Part shown: positions 37,701 to 52,960 of the stretch, in pieces
How the letters are laid out: each line of letters starts with the position of its first letter
How positions within the stretch are numbered: position 1 is the first letter of the stretch
NCBI GenBank assembly: GCA_040954595.2
Contig: CM082577.2
Span: forward strand, 17,057,903 to 17,121,902
DNA: 64,000 nucleotides
Origin: Balanoglossus misakiensis
Taxonomy: Eukaryota > Animalia > Hemichordata
Direction of reading: 5' to 3'
The notes under the pieces: model-generated
The model's input: the letters and a program-made list of their open reading frames with translations, nothing else
What the model was told of the DNA's origin: nothing
Database searches by the model: none
Made by a program: the position numbers and the translations under genes

Positions 37701-40700
37701 GTCATTTTTAGAAAACAAAATAAAAAAAACTTTGTTCTTCGAATTTGGTGCCCTGATCATATATGACATGTTGATTGTATGTTAAAAGTTTCGACTACTC
37801 CAAAAATGAAGAGATATTGACGGAATTCAAGACAAAATAGCCATTTTGGCCATATTTTGACAAAATGGTAATTTTTTAAAAAATCCTAAAAATTAACTCT
37901 TTTCTTCATTTTCGGAAATATTATGGAGCATGAAGTGTCGTTCTCTTGCAAAAAGTGCTGCAAATTCCAGAAAAGGCGATATAATTTGAATCACCGAAGA
38001 CAAAATTACCATTTTCGACTTTGTTTCGAAAAGTTGTCATTTTTACAAAATAAATAAGAATCAATTCTTTCCTTAGTTTCAAACGGGTAGAGATACTTTC
38101 CACACGGGTTTTCTAACATTGAATTCCCGTTCATCAACTCAAATATGCTACAGCATAAGTCGGCTAAAACCCTGATACTCTAGGGCAGAAACAGTTGCAC
38201 ACTGGCAACGTTGAACAAGTCAATGTTTCTACTGCCTGGCTCGGCTAAATCTCCGTCACAATATGACAGACACTAGCGTACGTTAGCAACGGTGATCAAG
38301 TCAGATTTCTACGGCATGGCTTGGCCAAAGCCCTGGCACTCTAGATCAGAAACACGCGTACAGAGACCACGTTGATAAACTCACATTTCCTTCGGCCTGG
38401 CATGGCTGATGCCCCGGCACTATAGGACACAGACTGGCGTAAGTTAACAACGGTAATAACGTCGGGTTTCCTACGGCCTGGCTCAGCTGAAGCCCCGGCA
38501 CTCTAGAGCAGAAACAGGCGTACATTGACCACGTTGATCAAGTCAGATTTCCTACGGCCTGGCTCGGCTGAAGTCGCGGCACTATATGACACAGACTGGC
38601 GTAAGTTATCAACGGTGATTACGTCGGATTTACTACGGACTGGCTTAGCTGTAGCCCCGGCACTTTAGAGCGGAAACACGCGTACATTGACCGCGATGAT
38701 CAAGTCAGATCTCCTACGGCCTGGCTCGACTAAAACCCCGGCACACCATGACAGACACTAGCGTTCGTTAGCAATGTTGATCAAGTCAGATTTCCTACGG
38801 CATAGCTTGGCTAAAGCCCTGGCACTTTAGAGCAGAAACACGCGTACAGAGACCACGTTGATCAACTCACATTTCCTTCTGCCTGGCACGGCTGATGCCC
38901 CGGCACTATAGGACACAGACTGGCGTAAGTTAACAACGGTGATAACGCAGAAACAGGCGTACATTGACCACGTTGATCAAGTCAGATTTCCTACGCCCTG
39001 GCTCGGCTGAAGCTCCGGCACTATATGACACAGACTGGCGTAAGTTATCAACGGTGATTACGTCGGATTTACTACGGACTGGCTTAGCTGTAGCCCCGGC
39101 ACTTTAGAGCGGAAACACGCGTACATTGACCACGATGATCAAGTCAGATCTCCTACGGCCTGGCTCGACTAAAACTCCGGCACACCATGACAGACACTAG
39201 CGTTCGTTAGCAACGTTGATCAAGTCAGATTTCTACGGCATGGCTTGGCTAAAGCCCTGGCACTCTAGATCAAAAACACGCGTACAGAGACCACAAACAC
39301 CGACGTTAGTTGGGGGCACGGCCTGCAGTACTGCCGGGTAAGCAGACATCAGCCTACCACATATAATGTAGGGGTGGGGGGAAACAGAACGGTTCAACAC
39401 TACTTTTATGAGATATCAGCTAATTTTGGTCAATCATCTAAAATCTAAATCATTTTTTTCTTATTTGGATATCTGATGATGTATGAAATTTCCATTATAT
39501 GTAAAAATGGTGCTGATTCTAAAAAATGCACTCTGAATGAGCTGATTTAATACACAATTTCGTTTTATTGGTTTTTGCACCATAAAGGTCACTTTTAGGC
39601 AAAACATTCTTTATTTTTTGAATTCGGTGACCTGATCATATATAAACAATTGCTTGTATGTTAAAAGTTTTTATGACTTTTAAAAGCAGTGACACTGGCG
39701 GCATTCAAGACGAAAATAACAATTTTAGCCAAAATTTGGTCAAAAATGGTAAATTTTTGAAAATTACACAAATTAACCGTTTTCTACATTTTCGGAAATC
39801 TGATGGAGTAATGAATGCTCTTCGTATGTATGTATCGATACAAATTACACAAAAGAAGTCTAATTTGGCTAACTGCAGAGAAAATTGCGTTTTATCAAAT
39901 TTTGCTTGAAAATGTCATTTTTAGAAAAAAAAATAAAAAAACCTTTGTTCTTCGAATTTGGTGCCCTGATCATATATGACATGTTGATTGTATGTTAAAA
40001 GTTTCGACCACTCCAAAAATGCAGAAATATTGACGGAATTCAAGACAAAATAGCCATTTTGGCCATATTTTGACAAAAATGGTAATTCTAAAAAAATCCT
40101 AAAAATTAACTCTTTTCTTCATTTTCGGAAATATTATGGAGCATGAAGTGTCGTTCTCTTGTAAAAAGTGCTGCAAATTCCAGAAAAGGCAGTATAATTT
40201 GAATCACCCAAGACAAAATTACCATTTTCGACTTTTTTTCGAAAAATTGTCATTTTTACAAAATAAATAAGAATCAATTCTTTTCTTAGTTTCAAACGGG
40301 TAGAGATACTTTCCACACGGGTTTTCTAACATTGAATTCCCGTTCATCAACTCAGATTTCCTACAGCATAAGTCGGCTAAAACCCTGACACTCTAAAGCA
40401 GAAACAGTTGCACACTGGCAACGTTGAACAAGTCAATTTTTCTACTGCCTGGCTCGGCTAAATCTCCGTCACAATATGACAGACACTAGCGTACGTTAGC
40501 AACGGTGATCAAGTCAGATTTCTACGGCATGGCTTGGCTAAAGCCCTGGCACTCTAGATCAGAAACACGCGTACAGAGACCACGTTGATAAACTCACATT
40601 TCCTTCGGCCTGGCACGGCTGATGGCCCGGCACAAAAGGACACAGACTGGCGTAAGTTAACAACGGTAATAACGTCGGGTTTCCTACGGCCTGGCTCAGC

Positions 40701-43700
40701 TGAAGCCCCGGCACTCTAGAGCAGAAACAGGCGTACACAGACCACGTTGATCAACTCACATTTCCTTCGGCCTGGCACGGCTGATGCCCCGGCACTATAT
40801 GACACAGACTGGCGTAAGTAAACAACGGTGATCACGTCGGATTTCCTTCGGCCTGGCTCTGCAAAAGACCCGGCACTCTAGTACAGAGACGTTGGCTAAG
40901 TCGGACGAACCGAAGAGGGAAAGTCACACCGGGCCAACACTCGACATTTGTTCGGGTAGGAATGCATTATTGTCTGTCAATTTATAGAGAAAGCCCGCAT
41001 TTAACCAGGGCGTTTCAAACACCGACGTTAGTTGGGGGCACGGCCTGCAGTACTGCCGGGTAAGCAGACATCGGCCTACCGCATATAATGTAGGGGTGGG
41101 GGAAACAGAACGGTTCAACACTACTTTTATGAGATATCAGCTAATTTTGGTCAATCATCTTAAATCTAAATCATTTTTTCTTATTTCGATATCTGATGAT
41201 GTATGAAATTTCCATTATATGTAAAAATGGTGCTGATTCTAAAAAAATGCACTCTGAATGAGCTGATTTAATACAAAATTTCGTTTTATTCATTTTTGCA
41301 CCAAAAAGGTCATTTTTAGGCAAAACATTCTTTATTTTTTGAATTCGGTGACCTGATCATATATAAACAATTGCTTGTATGTTAAACGTTTTTATGACTT
41401 TTAAAAGCAGTGACACTGGCGGCATTCAAGACGAAAATAAAAATTTTAGCCAAAATTTGGTCAAAAATGGTAAATTTTTGAAAATTACACAAATTAACCG
41501 TTTTTCTACATTTTCGGAAATCTGATGGAGTAATGAATGCTCTTCGTATGTATGTATCGATACAAATTACACAAAAGAAGTATAATTTGGCTAACTGCAG
41601 ACAAAATTGCGTTTTATCAAATTTTGCTTGAAAATGTCATTTTTAGAAAACAAAATAAAAAAACCTTTGTTCTTCGAATTTGGTGCCCTGATCATATATG
41701 ACATGTTGATTGTATGTTAAAAGTTTCGACCACTCCAAAAATGCAGAGATATTGACGGAATTCAAGACAAAATAGCCATTTTGGCCATATTTTGACAAAA
41801 ATTGTAATTTTTTAAAAAATCCTAAAAATTAACTCTTTTCTTCATTTTCGGAAATTTTATGGAGCATGAAGTGTCGTTCTCTTGCAAAAAGTGCTGCAAA
41901 TTCCAGAAAAGGCAGTATAATTTGAATCACCCAAGACAAAATTACCATTTTCGACTTTTTTTCGAAAAATTGTCATATTTACAAAATAAATAAGAATCAA
42001 TTCTTTTCTTAGTTTCAAACGGGTAGAGATACTTTCCACACGGGTTTTCTAACATTGAATTCCCGTTCATCAACTCAGATTTCCTACAGCATAAGTCGGC
42101 TAAAACCCTGACACTCTAGAGCAGAAACAGTTGCACACTGGCAACGTTGAACAAGTCAATTTTTCTACTGCCTGGCTCGGCTAAATCTCCGTCACAATAT
42201 GACAGACACTAGCGTACGTTAGCAACGGTGATCAAGTCAGATTTCTACGGCATGGCTTGGCTAAAGCCCTGGCACTCTAGATCAGAAACACGCGTACAGA
42301 GACCACGTTGATAAACTCACATTTCCTTCGGCCTGGCACGGCTGATGGCCCGGCACTATAGGACACAGACTGGCGTAAGTTAACAACGGTAATAACGTCG
42401 GGTTTCCTACAGCCTGGCTCAGCTGAAGCCCCGGCACTTTAGAGCAGAAACAGGCGTACACAGACCACGTTGATCAACTCACATTTCCTTCGGCCTGGCA
42501 CGGCTGATGCCCCGGCACTATAGGACACAGACCGGCGTAAGTAAACAACGGTAATCACGTCGGGTTTCTTACGGCCTGGGTCAGCTGAAGCCCCGGCACT
42601 CTAGAGCAGAAACAGGCGTACATTGACCACGTTGATCAAGTCAGATTTCCTACGGCCTGGCTCGGCTGGTGCCCCGGCACTATATGACACAGACTGGCGT
42701 AAGTAAACAACGGTGATCACGTCGGATTTCCTTCGGCCTGGCTCTGCAAAAGACCCGGCACTCTAGTACAAAGACGTTGGCTAAGTCGGACAAACCGAAG
42801 AGGGAAAGTCACAGCGGGCCAACACTCGACATTTGTTCGGTTAGGACTGCATTATTGCCTGTCAATTTATAGAGAAAGTCCGCATTTAACCAGGGCGTTT
42901 CAAACACCAACGTTAGTTGGGGGCACGGCCTGCAGTACTGCCGGGTAAGCAGACATCAGCCTACCGCATATAATGTAGGGGTGGGGGGAAACAGAACGGT
43001 TCAACACTACTTTTATGAGATATCAGCTAATTTTGGTCAATCATCTAAATTCTAAATCATTTTTTCTTATTTGGATATCTGATGATGTAAGAAATTTCCA
43101 TTATATGTAAAAATGGTGCTGATTCTAAAAAATGCACTCTGAATGAGCTGATTTAATACAAAATTTTGTTTTATTCATTTTTGCACCAAAAAGGTCATTT
43201 TTAGGCAAAACATTCTTTATTTTTTGAATTCGGTGACCTGATCATATATAAACAATTGCTTGTATGTTAAAAGTTTTTATGACTTTTAAAAGCAGTGACA
43301 CTGGCGGCATTCAAGACGAAAATAACAATTTTAGCCAACATTTGGTCAAAAATGGTAAATTTTTGAAAATTACAAAAAATAACTGTTTTCTACATTTTCG
43401 GAAATCTGATGGAGTAATGAATGCTCTTCGTATGTATGTATCGATACAAATTACACAAAAAGAAGTCTAATTTGGCTCACTGCAGACAAAATTGCGTTTT
43501 ATCAAATTTTGCTTGAAAATGTCATTTTTAGAAAACAAAATAAAAAAAACCTTTGTTCTTCGAATTTGGTGCCCTGATAATATATGACATGTTGATTGTA
43601 TGTTAAAAGTTTCGACCACTCCAAAAATGCAGAGATATTGACGGAATTCAAGACAAAATAGCCATTTTGGCCATATTTTGACAAAAATGGTAATTTTTTA

Positions 43701-46700
43701 AAAAATCCTAAAAATTAACTCTTTTCTTCATTTTCGGAAATATTATGGAGCATGAAGTGTCGTTCTCTTGCAAAAAGTGCTGCAAATTCCAGAAAAGGCG
43801 GTATAATTTGAATCACCCAAGACAAAATTACCATTTTCGACTTTGTTTCGAAAAATTGTCATTTTTACAAAATAAATAAGAATCAATTCTTTCCTTTGAT
43901 TCAAACGGGTAGAGATACTTTCCACACGGGTTTTCTAACATTGAATTCCCGTTCATCAACTCAGATTTCCTACAGCATAAGTCGGCTAAAACCCTGATAC
44001 TCTAGAGCAGAAACAGTTGCACACTGGCAACGTTGAACAAGTCAATTTTTCTACTGCCTGGCTCGGCTAAATCTCCGTCACAATATGACAGACACTAGCG
44101 TACGTTAGCAACGGTGATCAAGTCAGATTTCTACGGCATGGCTTGGCTAAAGCCCTGGCACTCTACATCAGAAACACGCGTACAGAGACCACGTTGATAA
44201 ACTCACATTTCCTTCGGCCTGGCACGGCTGATGCCCCGGCACTATAGAACACAGACTGGCGTAAGTTAACAACAGTAATAACGTCGGGCTTCCTACGGCC
44301 TGGCTCAGCTGAAGCCCCGGCACTCTAGAGCAGAAACAGGCGTACATTGACCACGTTGATCAAGTCAGATTTCCTACGGCATGGCTCGGCTGAAGCCCCG
44401 GCACTATATGACACAGACTGGCGTAAGTTATCAACGGTGATTACGTCGGATTTACTACGGACTGGCTTAGCTGTAGCCCCGGCACTTTAGAGCGGAAACA
44501 CGCGTACATTGACCACGATGATCAAGTCAGATCTCCTACGGCCTGGCTCGACTTAAACCCCGGCACACCTTGACAGACATTAGCGTTTGTTAGCAACGTT
44601 GATCAAGTCAGATTTCCTACGGCATAGCTTGGCTAAAGCCCTGGCACTCTAGAGCAGAAACACGCGTACAGAGACCACGTTGATCAACTCACAATTCCTT
44701 CGGCCTGGCACGGCTGATGCCCGGCACTATAGGACACAGACTGGCGTAAGTTAACAACGGTAATCACGTCGGGTTTCCTACGGCCTGGCTCAGCTGAAGC
44801 CCCGGCACTCTAGAGCAGAAACAGGCGTACATTGACCACGTTGATCAAGTCAGATTTCCTACGGCCTGGCTCGGCTGTTTCCCCGGCACTATATGACACA
44901 GACTGGCGTAAGTAAACAACGGTGATCACGTCGGATTTCCTTCGGCCTGGCTCTGCAAAAGACCCGGCACTCTAGTACAAAGACGTTGGCTAAGTCGGAC
45001 AAACCGAAGAGGGAAAGTCACAGCGGGCCAACACTCGACATTTGTTCGGGTAGGACTGCATTATTGCCTGTCAATTTATAGAGAAAGTCCGCATTTAACC
45101 AGGGCGTTTCAAACACCGACGTTAGTTTGGGGCACGGCCTGCAGTACTGCCGGGTAAGCAGACATAAGCCTACCGCATATAATGTAGGGGTGGGGGGAAA
45201 CAGAACGGTTCAACACTACTTTTATGCGATATCAGCTAATTTTGGTCAATCATCTAAAATCTAAATCATTTTTTCTTATTTGGATATCTGATGATGTATG
45301 AAATTTCCATTATATGTAAAAATGGTGCTGATTCTAAAAAATGCACTCTGAATGAGCTGATTTAATACAAAAGTTCGTTTTATTCATTTTTGCACCAAAA
45401 AGGTCATTTTTGGGCTAAACATTCTTTATTTTTTGAATTCGGTGACCTGATCATATATAAACAATTGCTTGTATGTTAAAAGTTTTTATGACTTTTAAAA
45501 GCAGTGACACTGGCGGCATTCAAGACGAAAATAACAATTTTAGCCAACATTTGGTCAAAAATGGTAAATTTTTGAAAATTACAAAAAATAATTGTTTTCT
45601 ACATTTTCGGAAATCTGATGGAGTAATGAATGCTCTTCGTATGTATGTATCGATACAAATTACACAAAAAGAAGTCTAATTTGGCTCACTGCAGACAAAA
45701 TTGCGTTTTATCAAATTTTGCTTAAAAATGTCATTTTTAGAAAACAAAATAAAAAAACCTTTGTTCTTCGAATTTGGTGCCCTGATAATATATGACATGT
45801 TGATTGTATGTTAAAAGTTTCGACCACTCCAAAAATGCAGAGATATTGACGGAATTCAAGACAAAATAGCCATTTTGGCCATATTTTGACAAAAATGGTA
45901 ATTTTTTAAAAAATCCTAAAAATTAACTCTTTTCTTCATTTTCGGAAATATTATGGAGCATGAAGTGTCGTTCTCTTGCAAAAAGTGCTGCAAATTCCAG
46001 AAAAGGCGTTATAATTTGAATCACCCAAGACAAAATTACCATTTTCGACTTTGTTTCGAAAAATTGTCATTTTTACAAAATAAATAAGAATCAATTCTTT
46101 CCTTTGATTCAAACGGGTAGAGATACTTTCCACACGGGTTTTCTAACATTGAATTCCCGTTCATCAACTCAGATTTCCTACAGCATAAGTCGGCTAAAAC
46201 CCTGATACTCTAGAGCAGAAACAGTTGCACACTGGCAACGTTGAACAAGTCAATTTTTCTACTGCCTGGCTCGGCTAAATCTCCGTCACAATATGACAGA
46301 CACTAGCGTACGTTAGCAACGGTGATCAAGTCAGATTTCTACGGCATGGCTTGGCTAAAGCCCTGGCACTCTACATCAGAAACACGCGTACAGAGACCAC
46401 GTTGATAAACTCACATTTCCTTCGGCCTGGCACGGCTGATGCCCCGGCACTATAGAACACAGACTGGCGTAAGTTAACAACAGTAATAACGTCGGGCTTC
46501 CTACGGCCTGGCTCAGCTGAAGCCCCGGCACTCTAGAGCAGAAACAGGCGTACATTGACCACGTTGATCAAGTCAGATTTCCTACGGCATGGCTCGGCTG
46601 AAGCCCCGGCACTATATGACACAGACTGGCGTAAGTTATCAACGGTGATTACGTCGGATTTACTACGGACTGGCTTAGCTGTAGCCCCGGCACTTTAGAG

Positions 46701-49700
46701 CGGAAACACGCGTACATTGACCACGATGATCAAGTCAGATCTCCTACGGCCTGGCTCGACTTAAACCCCGGCACACCTTGACAGACATTAGCGTTTGTTA
46801 GCAACGTTGATCAAGTCAGATTTCCTACGGCATAGCTTGGCTAAAGCCCTGGCACTCTAGAGCAGAAACACGCGTACAGAGACCACGTTGATCAACTCAC
46901 AATTCCTTCGGCCTGGCACGGCTGATGCCCCGGCACTATAGGACACAGACTGGCGTAAGTTAACAACGGTAATCACGTCGGGTTTCCTACGGCCTGGCTC
47001 AGCTGAAGCCCCGGCACTCTAGAGCAGAAACAGGCGTACATTGACCACGTTGATCAAGTCAGATTTCCTACGGCCTGGCTCGGCTGTTTCCCCGGCACTA
47101 TATGACACAGACTGGCGTAAGTAAACAACGGTGATCACGTCGGATTTCCTTCGGCCTGGCTCTGCAAAAGACCCGGCACTCTAGTACAAAGACGTTGGCT
47201 AAGTCGGACAAACCGAAGAGGGAAAGTCACAGCGGGCCAACACTCGACATTTGTTCGGGTAGGACTGCATTATTGCCTGTCAATTTATAGAGAAAGTCCG
47301 CATTTAACCAGGGCGTTTCAAACACCGACGTTAGTTTGGGGCACGGCCTGCAGTACTGCCGGGTAAGCAGACATAAGCCTACCGCATATAATGTAGGGGT
47401 GGGGGGAAACAGAACGGTTCAACACTACTTTTATGCGATATCAGCTAATTTTGGTCAATCATCTAAAATCTAAATCATTTTTTCTTATTTGGATATCTGA
47501 TGATGTATGAAATTTCCATTATATGTAAAAATGGTGCTGATTCTAAAAAATGCACTCTGAATGAGCTGATTTAATACAAAAGTTCGTTTTATTCATTTTT
47601 GCACCAAAAAGGTCATTTTTGGGCTAAACATTCTTTATTTTTTGAATTCGGTGACCTGATCATATATAAACAATTGCTTGTATGTTAAAAGTTTTTATGA
47701 CTTTTAAAAGCAGTGACACTGGCGGCATTCAAGACGAAAATAACAATTTTAGCCAACATTTGGTCAAAAATGGTAAATTTTTGAAAATTACAAAAAATAA
47801 TTGTTTTCTACATTTTCGGAAATCTGATGGAGTAATGAATGCTCTTCGTATGTATGTATCGATACAAATTACACAAAAAGAAGTCTAATTTGGCTCACTG
47901 CAGACAAAATTGCGTTTTATCAAATTTTGCTTAAAAATGTCATTTTTAGAAAACAAAATAAAAAAACCTTTGTTCTTCGAATTTGGTGCCCTGATAATAT
48001 ATGACATGTTGATTGTATGTTAAAAGTTTCGACCACTCCAAAAATGCAGAGATATTGACGGAATTCAAGACAAAATAGCCATTTTGGCCATATTTTGACA
48101 AAAATGGTAATTTTTTAAAAAATCCTAAAAATTAACTCTTTTCTTCATTTTCGGAAATATTATGGAGCATGAAGTGTCGTTCTCTTGCAAAAAGTGCTGC
48201 AAATTCCAGAAAAGGCGTTATAATTTGAATCACCCAAGACAAAATTACCATTTTCGACTTTGTTTCGAAAAATTGTCATTTTTACAAAATAAATAAGAAT
48301 CAATTCTTTCCTTTGATTCAAACGGGTAGAGATACTTTCCACACGGGTTTTCTAACATTGAATTCCCGTTCATCAACTCAGATTTCCTACAGCATAAGTC
48401 GGCTAAAACCCTGATACTCTAGAGCAGAAACAGTTGCACACTGGCAACGTTGAACAAGTCAATTTTTCTACTGCCTGGCTCGGCTAAATCTCCGTCACAA
48501 TATGACAGACACTAGCGTACGTTAGCAACGGTGATCAAGTCAGATTTCTACGGCATGGCTTGGCTAAAGCCCTGGCACTCTACATCAGAAACACGCGTAC
48601 AGAGACCACGTTGATAAACTCACATTTCCTTCGGCCTGGCACGGCTGAAGCCCCGGCACTATAGAACACAGACTGGTGTAAGTTAACAACAGTAATAACG
48701 TCGGGCTTCCTACGGCCTGGCTCAGCTGAAGCCCCGGCACTCTAGAGCAGAAACAGGCGTACATTGACCACGTTGATCAAGTCAGATTTCCTACGGCATG
48801 GCTCGGCTGAAGCCCCGGCACTATATGACACAGACTGGCGTAAGTTATCAACGGTGATTACGTCGGATTTACTACGGACTGGCTTAGCTGTAGCCCCGGC
48901 ACTTTAGAGCGGAAACACGCGTACATTGACCTCGATGATCAAGTCAGATCTCCTACGGCCTGGCTCGACTAAAACCCCGGCACACCTTGACAGCCATTAG
49001 CGTTCGTTAGAAACGTTGATCAAGTCAGATTTCCTTCGGCCTGGCACGGCTGATGCCCCGGCACTATAGGACACAGACTGGCGTAAGTTAACAACGGTAA
49101 TCACGTCGGGTTTCCTACGGCCTGGGTCAGCTGAAGCCCCGGCACTCTAGAGCAGAAACAGGCGTACATTGACCACGTTGATCAACTCACATTTCCTTCG
49201 GCCTGGCACGGCTGATGCCCCGGCACTATAGGACACAGACTGGAGTAAGTTAACAACGGTAATCACGTCGGGTTTCCTACGGCCTGGGTCAGCTGAAGCC
49301 CCGGCACTCTAGAGCAGAAACAGGCGTACATTGACCACGTTGATCACGTCGGATTTCCTTCGGCCTGGCTCTGCAAAAGACCCGGCACTCTAGTACAAAG
49401 ACGTTGGCTAAGTCGGACAAACCGAAGAGGGAAAGTCACAGCGGGCCAACACTCGACATTTGTTCGGGTAGGACTGCATTATTGCCTGTCAATTTATAGA
49501 GAAAGCCCGCATTTAACCAGGGCGTTTCAAACACCGACGTTAGTTGGGGGCATGGCCTGCAGTACTGCCGGGTAAGCAGACATAAGCCTACCGCATATAA
49601 TGTAGGAGTGGGGGGGAAACAGAACGGTTCAACACTACTTTTATGAGATATCAGCTAATTTTGGTCAATCATCTAAAATCTAAATCATTTTTTCTTATTT

Positions 49701-52409
49701 GGATATCTGATGATGTATGAAATTTCCATTATATGTAAAAATGGTGCTGATTCTAAAAAATGCACTCTGAATGAGCTGATTTAATACAAAATTTCGTTTT
49801 ATTCATTTTTGCACCAAAAAGGTCATTTTTGGGCTAAACATTCTTTATTTTTTGAATTCGGTGACCTGATCATATATAAACAATTGCTTGTATGTTAAAA
49901 GTGTTTATGACTTTTAAAAGCAGTGACACTGGCGGCATTCAAGACGAAAATAACAATTTTAGCCAACATTTGGTCAAAAATGGTAAATTTTTGAAAATTA
50001 CAAAAAATAACTGTTTTCTACATTTTCGGAAATCTGATGGAGTAATGAATGCTCTTCGTATGTATGTATCGATACAAATTACACAAAAAGAAGTATAATT
50101 TGGCTCACTGCAGACAAAATTGCGTTTTATCAAATTTTGCTTAAAAATGTCATTTTTAGAAAACAAAATAAAAAAACCTTTGTTCTTCGAATTTGGTGCC
50201 CTGATAATATATGACATGTTGATTGTATGTTAAAAGTTTCGACCACTCCAAAAATGCAGAGATATTGACGGAATTCAAGACAAAATAGCCATTTTGGCCA
50301 TATTTTGACAAAAATGGTAATTTTTTAAAAAATCCTAAAAATTAACTCTTTTCTTCATTTTCGGAAATATTATGGAGCATGAAGTGTCGTTCTCTTGCAA
50401 AAAGTGCTGCAAATTCCAGAAAAGGCGGTATAATTTGAATCACCCAAGACAAAATTACCATTTTCGACTTTGTTTCGAAAAATTGTCATTTTTACAAAAT
50501 AAATAAGAATCAATTCTTTCCTTAGTTTCAAACGGGTAGAGATACTTTCCACACGGGTTTTCTAACATTGAATTCCCGTTCATCAACTCAGATTTCCTAC
50601 AGCATAAGTCGGCTTAAACCCTGATACTCTAGAGCAGAAACAGTTGCACACTGGTAACGTTGAACAAGTCAATTCTTCTACGGCCTGGCTCGGCTAAATC
50701 TCCGTCACAATATGACAGACACTAGCGTACGTTAGCAACGGTGATCAAGTCAGATTTCTACGGCATGGCTTGGCTAAAGCCCTGGCACTCTACATCAGAA
50801 ACACGCGTACAGAGACCACGTTGATCAACTCACATTTCATTCGGCCTGGCACGGCTGATTCCCCGGCACTATAGGACACAGACTGGCGTAATTAAACAAC
50901 GGTGATCACGTCGGATTTCCTTCGGACTGGCTCTGCAAAAGACCCGGCACTCTAGTACAAAGACGTTGCCTAAGTCGGACAAACCGAAGAGGGAAAGTCA
51001 CAGCGGGCCAACACTCGACATTTGTTCGGGTAGGACTGCTTTATTGCCTGTCAATTTATAGAGAAAGCCCGCATTTAACCAGGGCGTTTCAAACACAGAC
51101 GTTAGTTGGGGGCACGGCCTGCAGTACTGCCGGGTAAGCAGACATAAGCCTACCGCATATAATGTAGGGGTGGGGGGAAACAGAACGGTTCAACACTACT
51201 TTTATGAGATATCAGCTAATTTTGGTCAATCATCTAAAATATAAATCATTTTTTCTTATTTGGATATCTGATGATGTATGAAATTTCCATTATATGTAAA
51301 AATGGTGCTGATTCTAAAAAATGCACTCTGAATGAGCTGATTTAATACAAAATTTCGTTTTATTCATTTTTGCACCAAAAAGGTCATTTTTGGGCAAAAC
51401 ATTCTTTATTTTTTGAATTCGGTGACCTGATCATATATAAACAATTGCTTGTATGTTAAAAGTTTTTATGACTTTTAAAAGCAGTGACACTGGCGGCATT
51501 CAAGACGAAAATAACAATTTTAGCCAACATTTGGTCAAAAATGGTAAATTTTTGAAAATTACAAAAAATAACTGTTTTCTACATTTTCGGAAATCTGATG
51601 GAGTAATGAATGCTCTTCGTATGTATGTATCGATACAAATTACACAAAAAGAAGTCTAATTTGGCTCACTGCAGACAAAATTGCGTTTTATCAAATTTTG
51701 CTTGAAAATGTCATTTTTAGAAAACAAAATAAAAAAACCTTTGTTCTTCGAATTTGGTGCCCTGATAATATATGACATGTTGATTGTATGTTAAAAGTTT
51801 CGACCACTCCAAAAATGCAGAGATATTGACTGAATTCAATACAAAATAGCCATTTTGGCCATATTTTGACAAAAATGGTAATTTTTTAAAAAATCCTAAA
51901 AATTAACTCTTTTCTTCATTTTCGGAAATATTATGGAGCATGAAGTGTCGTTCTCTTGCAAAAAGTGCTGCAAATTCCAGAAAAGGCGGTATAATTTGAA
52001 TCACCCAAGACAAAATTACCATTTTCGACTTTGTTTCGAAAAATTGTCATTTTTACAAAATAAATAAGAATCAATTCTTTCCTTAGTTTCAAACGGGTAG
52101 AGATACTTTCCACACGGGTTTTCTAACATTGAAATCCCGTTCATCAACTCAGATTTCCTACAGCATAAGTCGGCTAAAACCCTGATACTCTAGGGCAGAA
52201 ACAGTTGCACACTGGCAACGTTGAACAATCAATGTTTCTACTGCCTGGCTCGGCTAAATCTCCGTCACAATATGACAGACACTAGGGTACGTTAGCAACG
52301 GTGATCAAGTCAGATTTCTACGGCATGGCTTGTCTAAAGCCCTGGCACTCTAGATCAGAAACACGCGTACAGAGACCACGTTGATAAACTCACATTTCCT
52401 TCGGCCTGG

Positions 52410-52940
52410 TGTTACGATCTGTATAAAGGTCAAATACGATTTCAAGGGTTAATTAATCCAGAGCTCGGAAATGTCAATGTTTGATAGTATTTGATTTTAT
52501 GTATTTGAAGTAGATAGGGAGAGCGGGTGTTTACCTGACTGCTCTGATTGTCAATCATCACCGAACTGACTTTGTTATATAACACTTTATGTAAATTGGT
52601 ACGTATAGAGTTGACTGATGCCCAATGAAATTGTAACACATTGTATTTGTGATATTTTACATTATTAACCACGCCTTGAGAAAAGTAATTATAAGAGAAC
52701 CTTGTTTCCAAAGTTGGGGAGAAATAATCTAACGGGAGATGGGAGTACCTCAGGCTACTGAGTTTGTTCCCTTCCTCATGTACTTTACTGGGCGTATTTG
52801 ATGTACTGGAGTAGTTCTGGACAATAAATGAACGTGAATCAGATACGTGTCTCCGTGGATCACTGTTCTCGTCAGAGCCCGATACCTCATCGCTACAGAT
52901 TCCCCGATGCATGAACAATCATGAGAAACCAGCCGTAATA
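52410..52940 (+). repeat. 5' LTR (531 bp), TGTTACG...CGTAATA
   Basis: Direct repeat of 55627-56157; the antisense 158-aa track ORFs in the two copies are identical. Confidence 0.95.
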
Positions 52941-52942
52941 CA

Positions 52943-52960
52943 TGGTGGAGAATCCGGGTA
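52943..52960 (+). promoter_or_regulatory. Primer binding site, most likely tRNA-Ala
   Basis: TGGTGGAGAATCCGGGTA lies 2 nt after the LTR and is complementary to a ...CCCGGAUUCUCCACCA 3' end like that of eukaryotic tRNA-Ala (from recall). Confidence 0.75.

Noticed and set aside
52442-52918. 158-aa antisense ORF in both LTRs
   Set aside because: No recognisable domain; it is duplicated only because the LTRs are identical.
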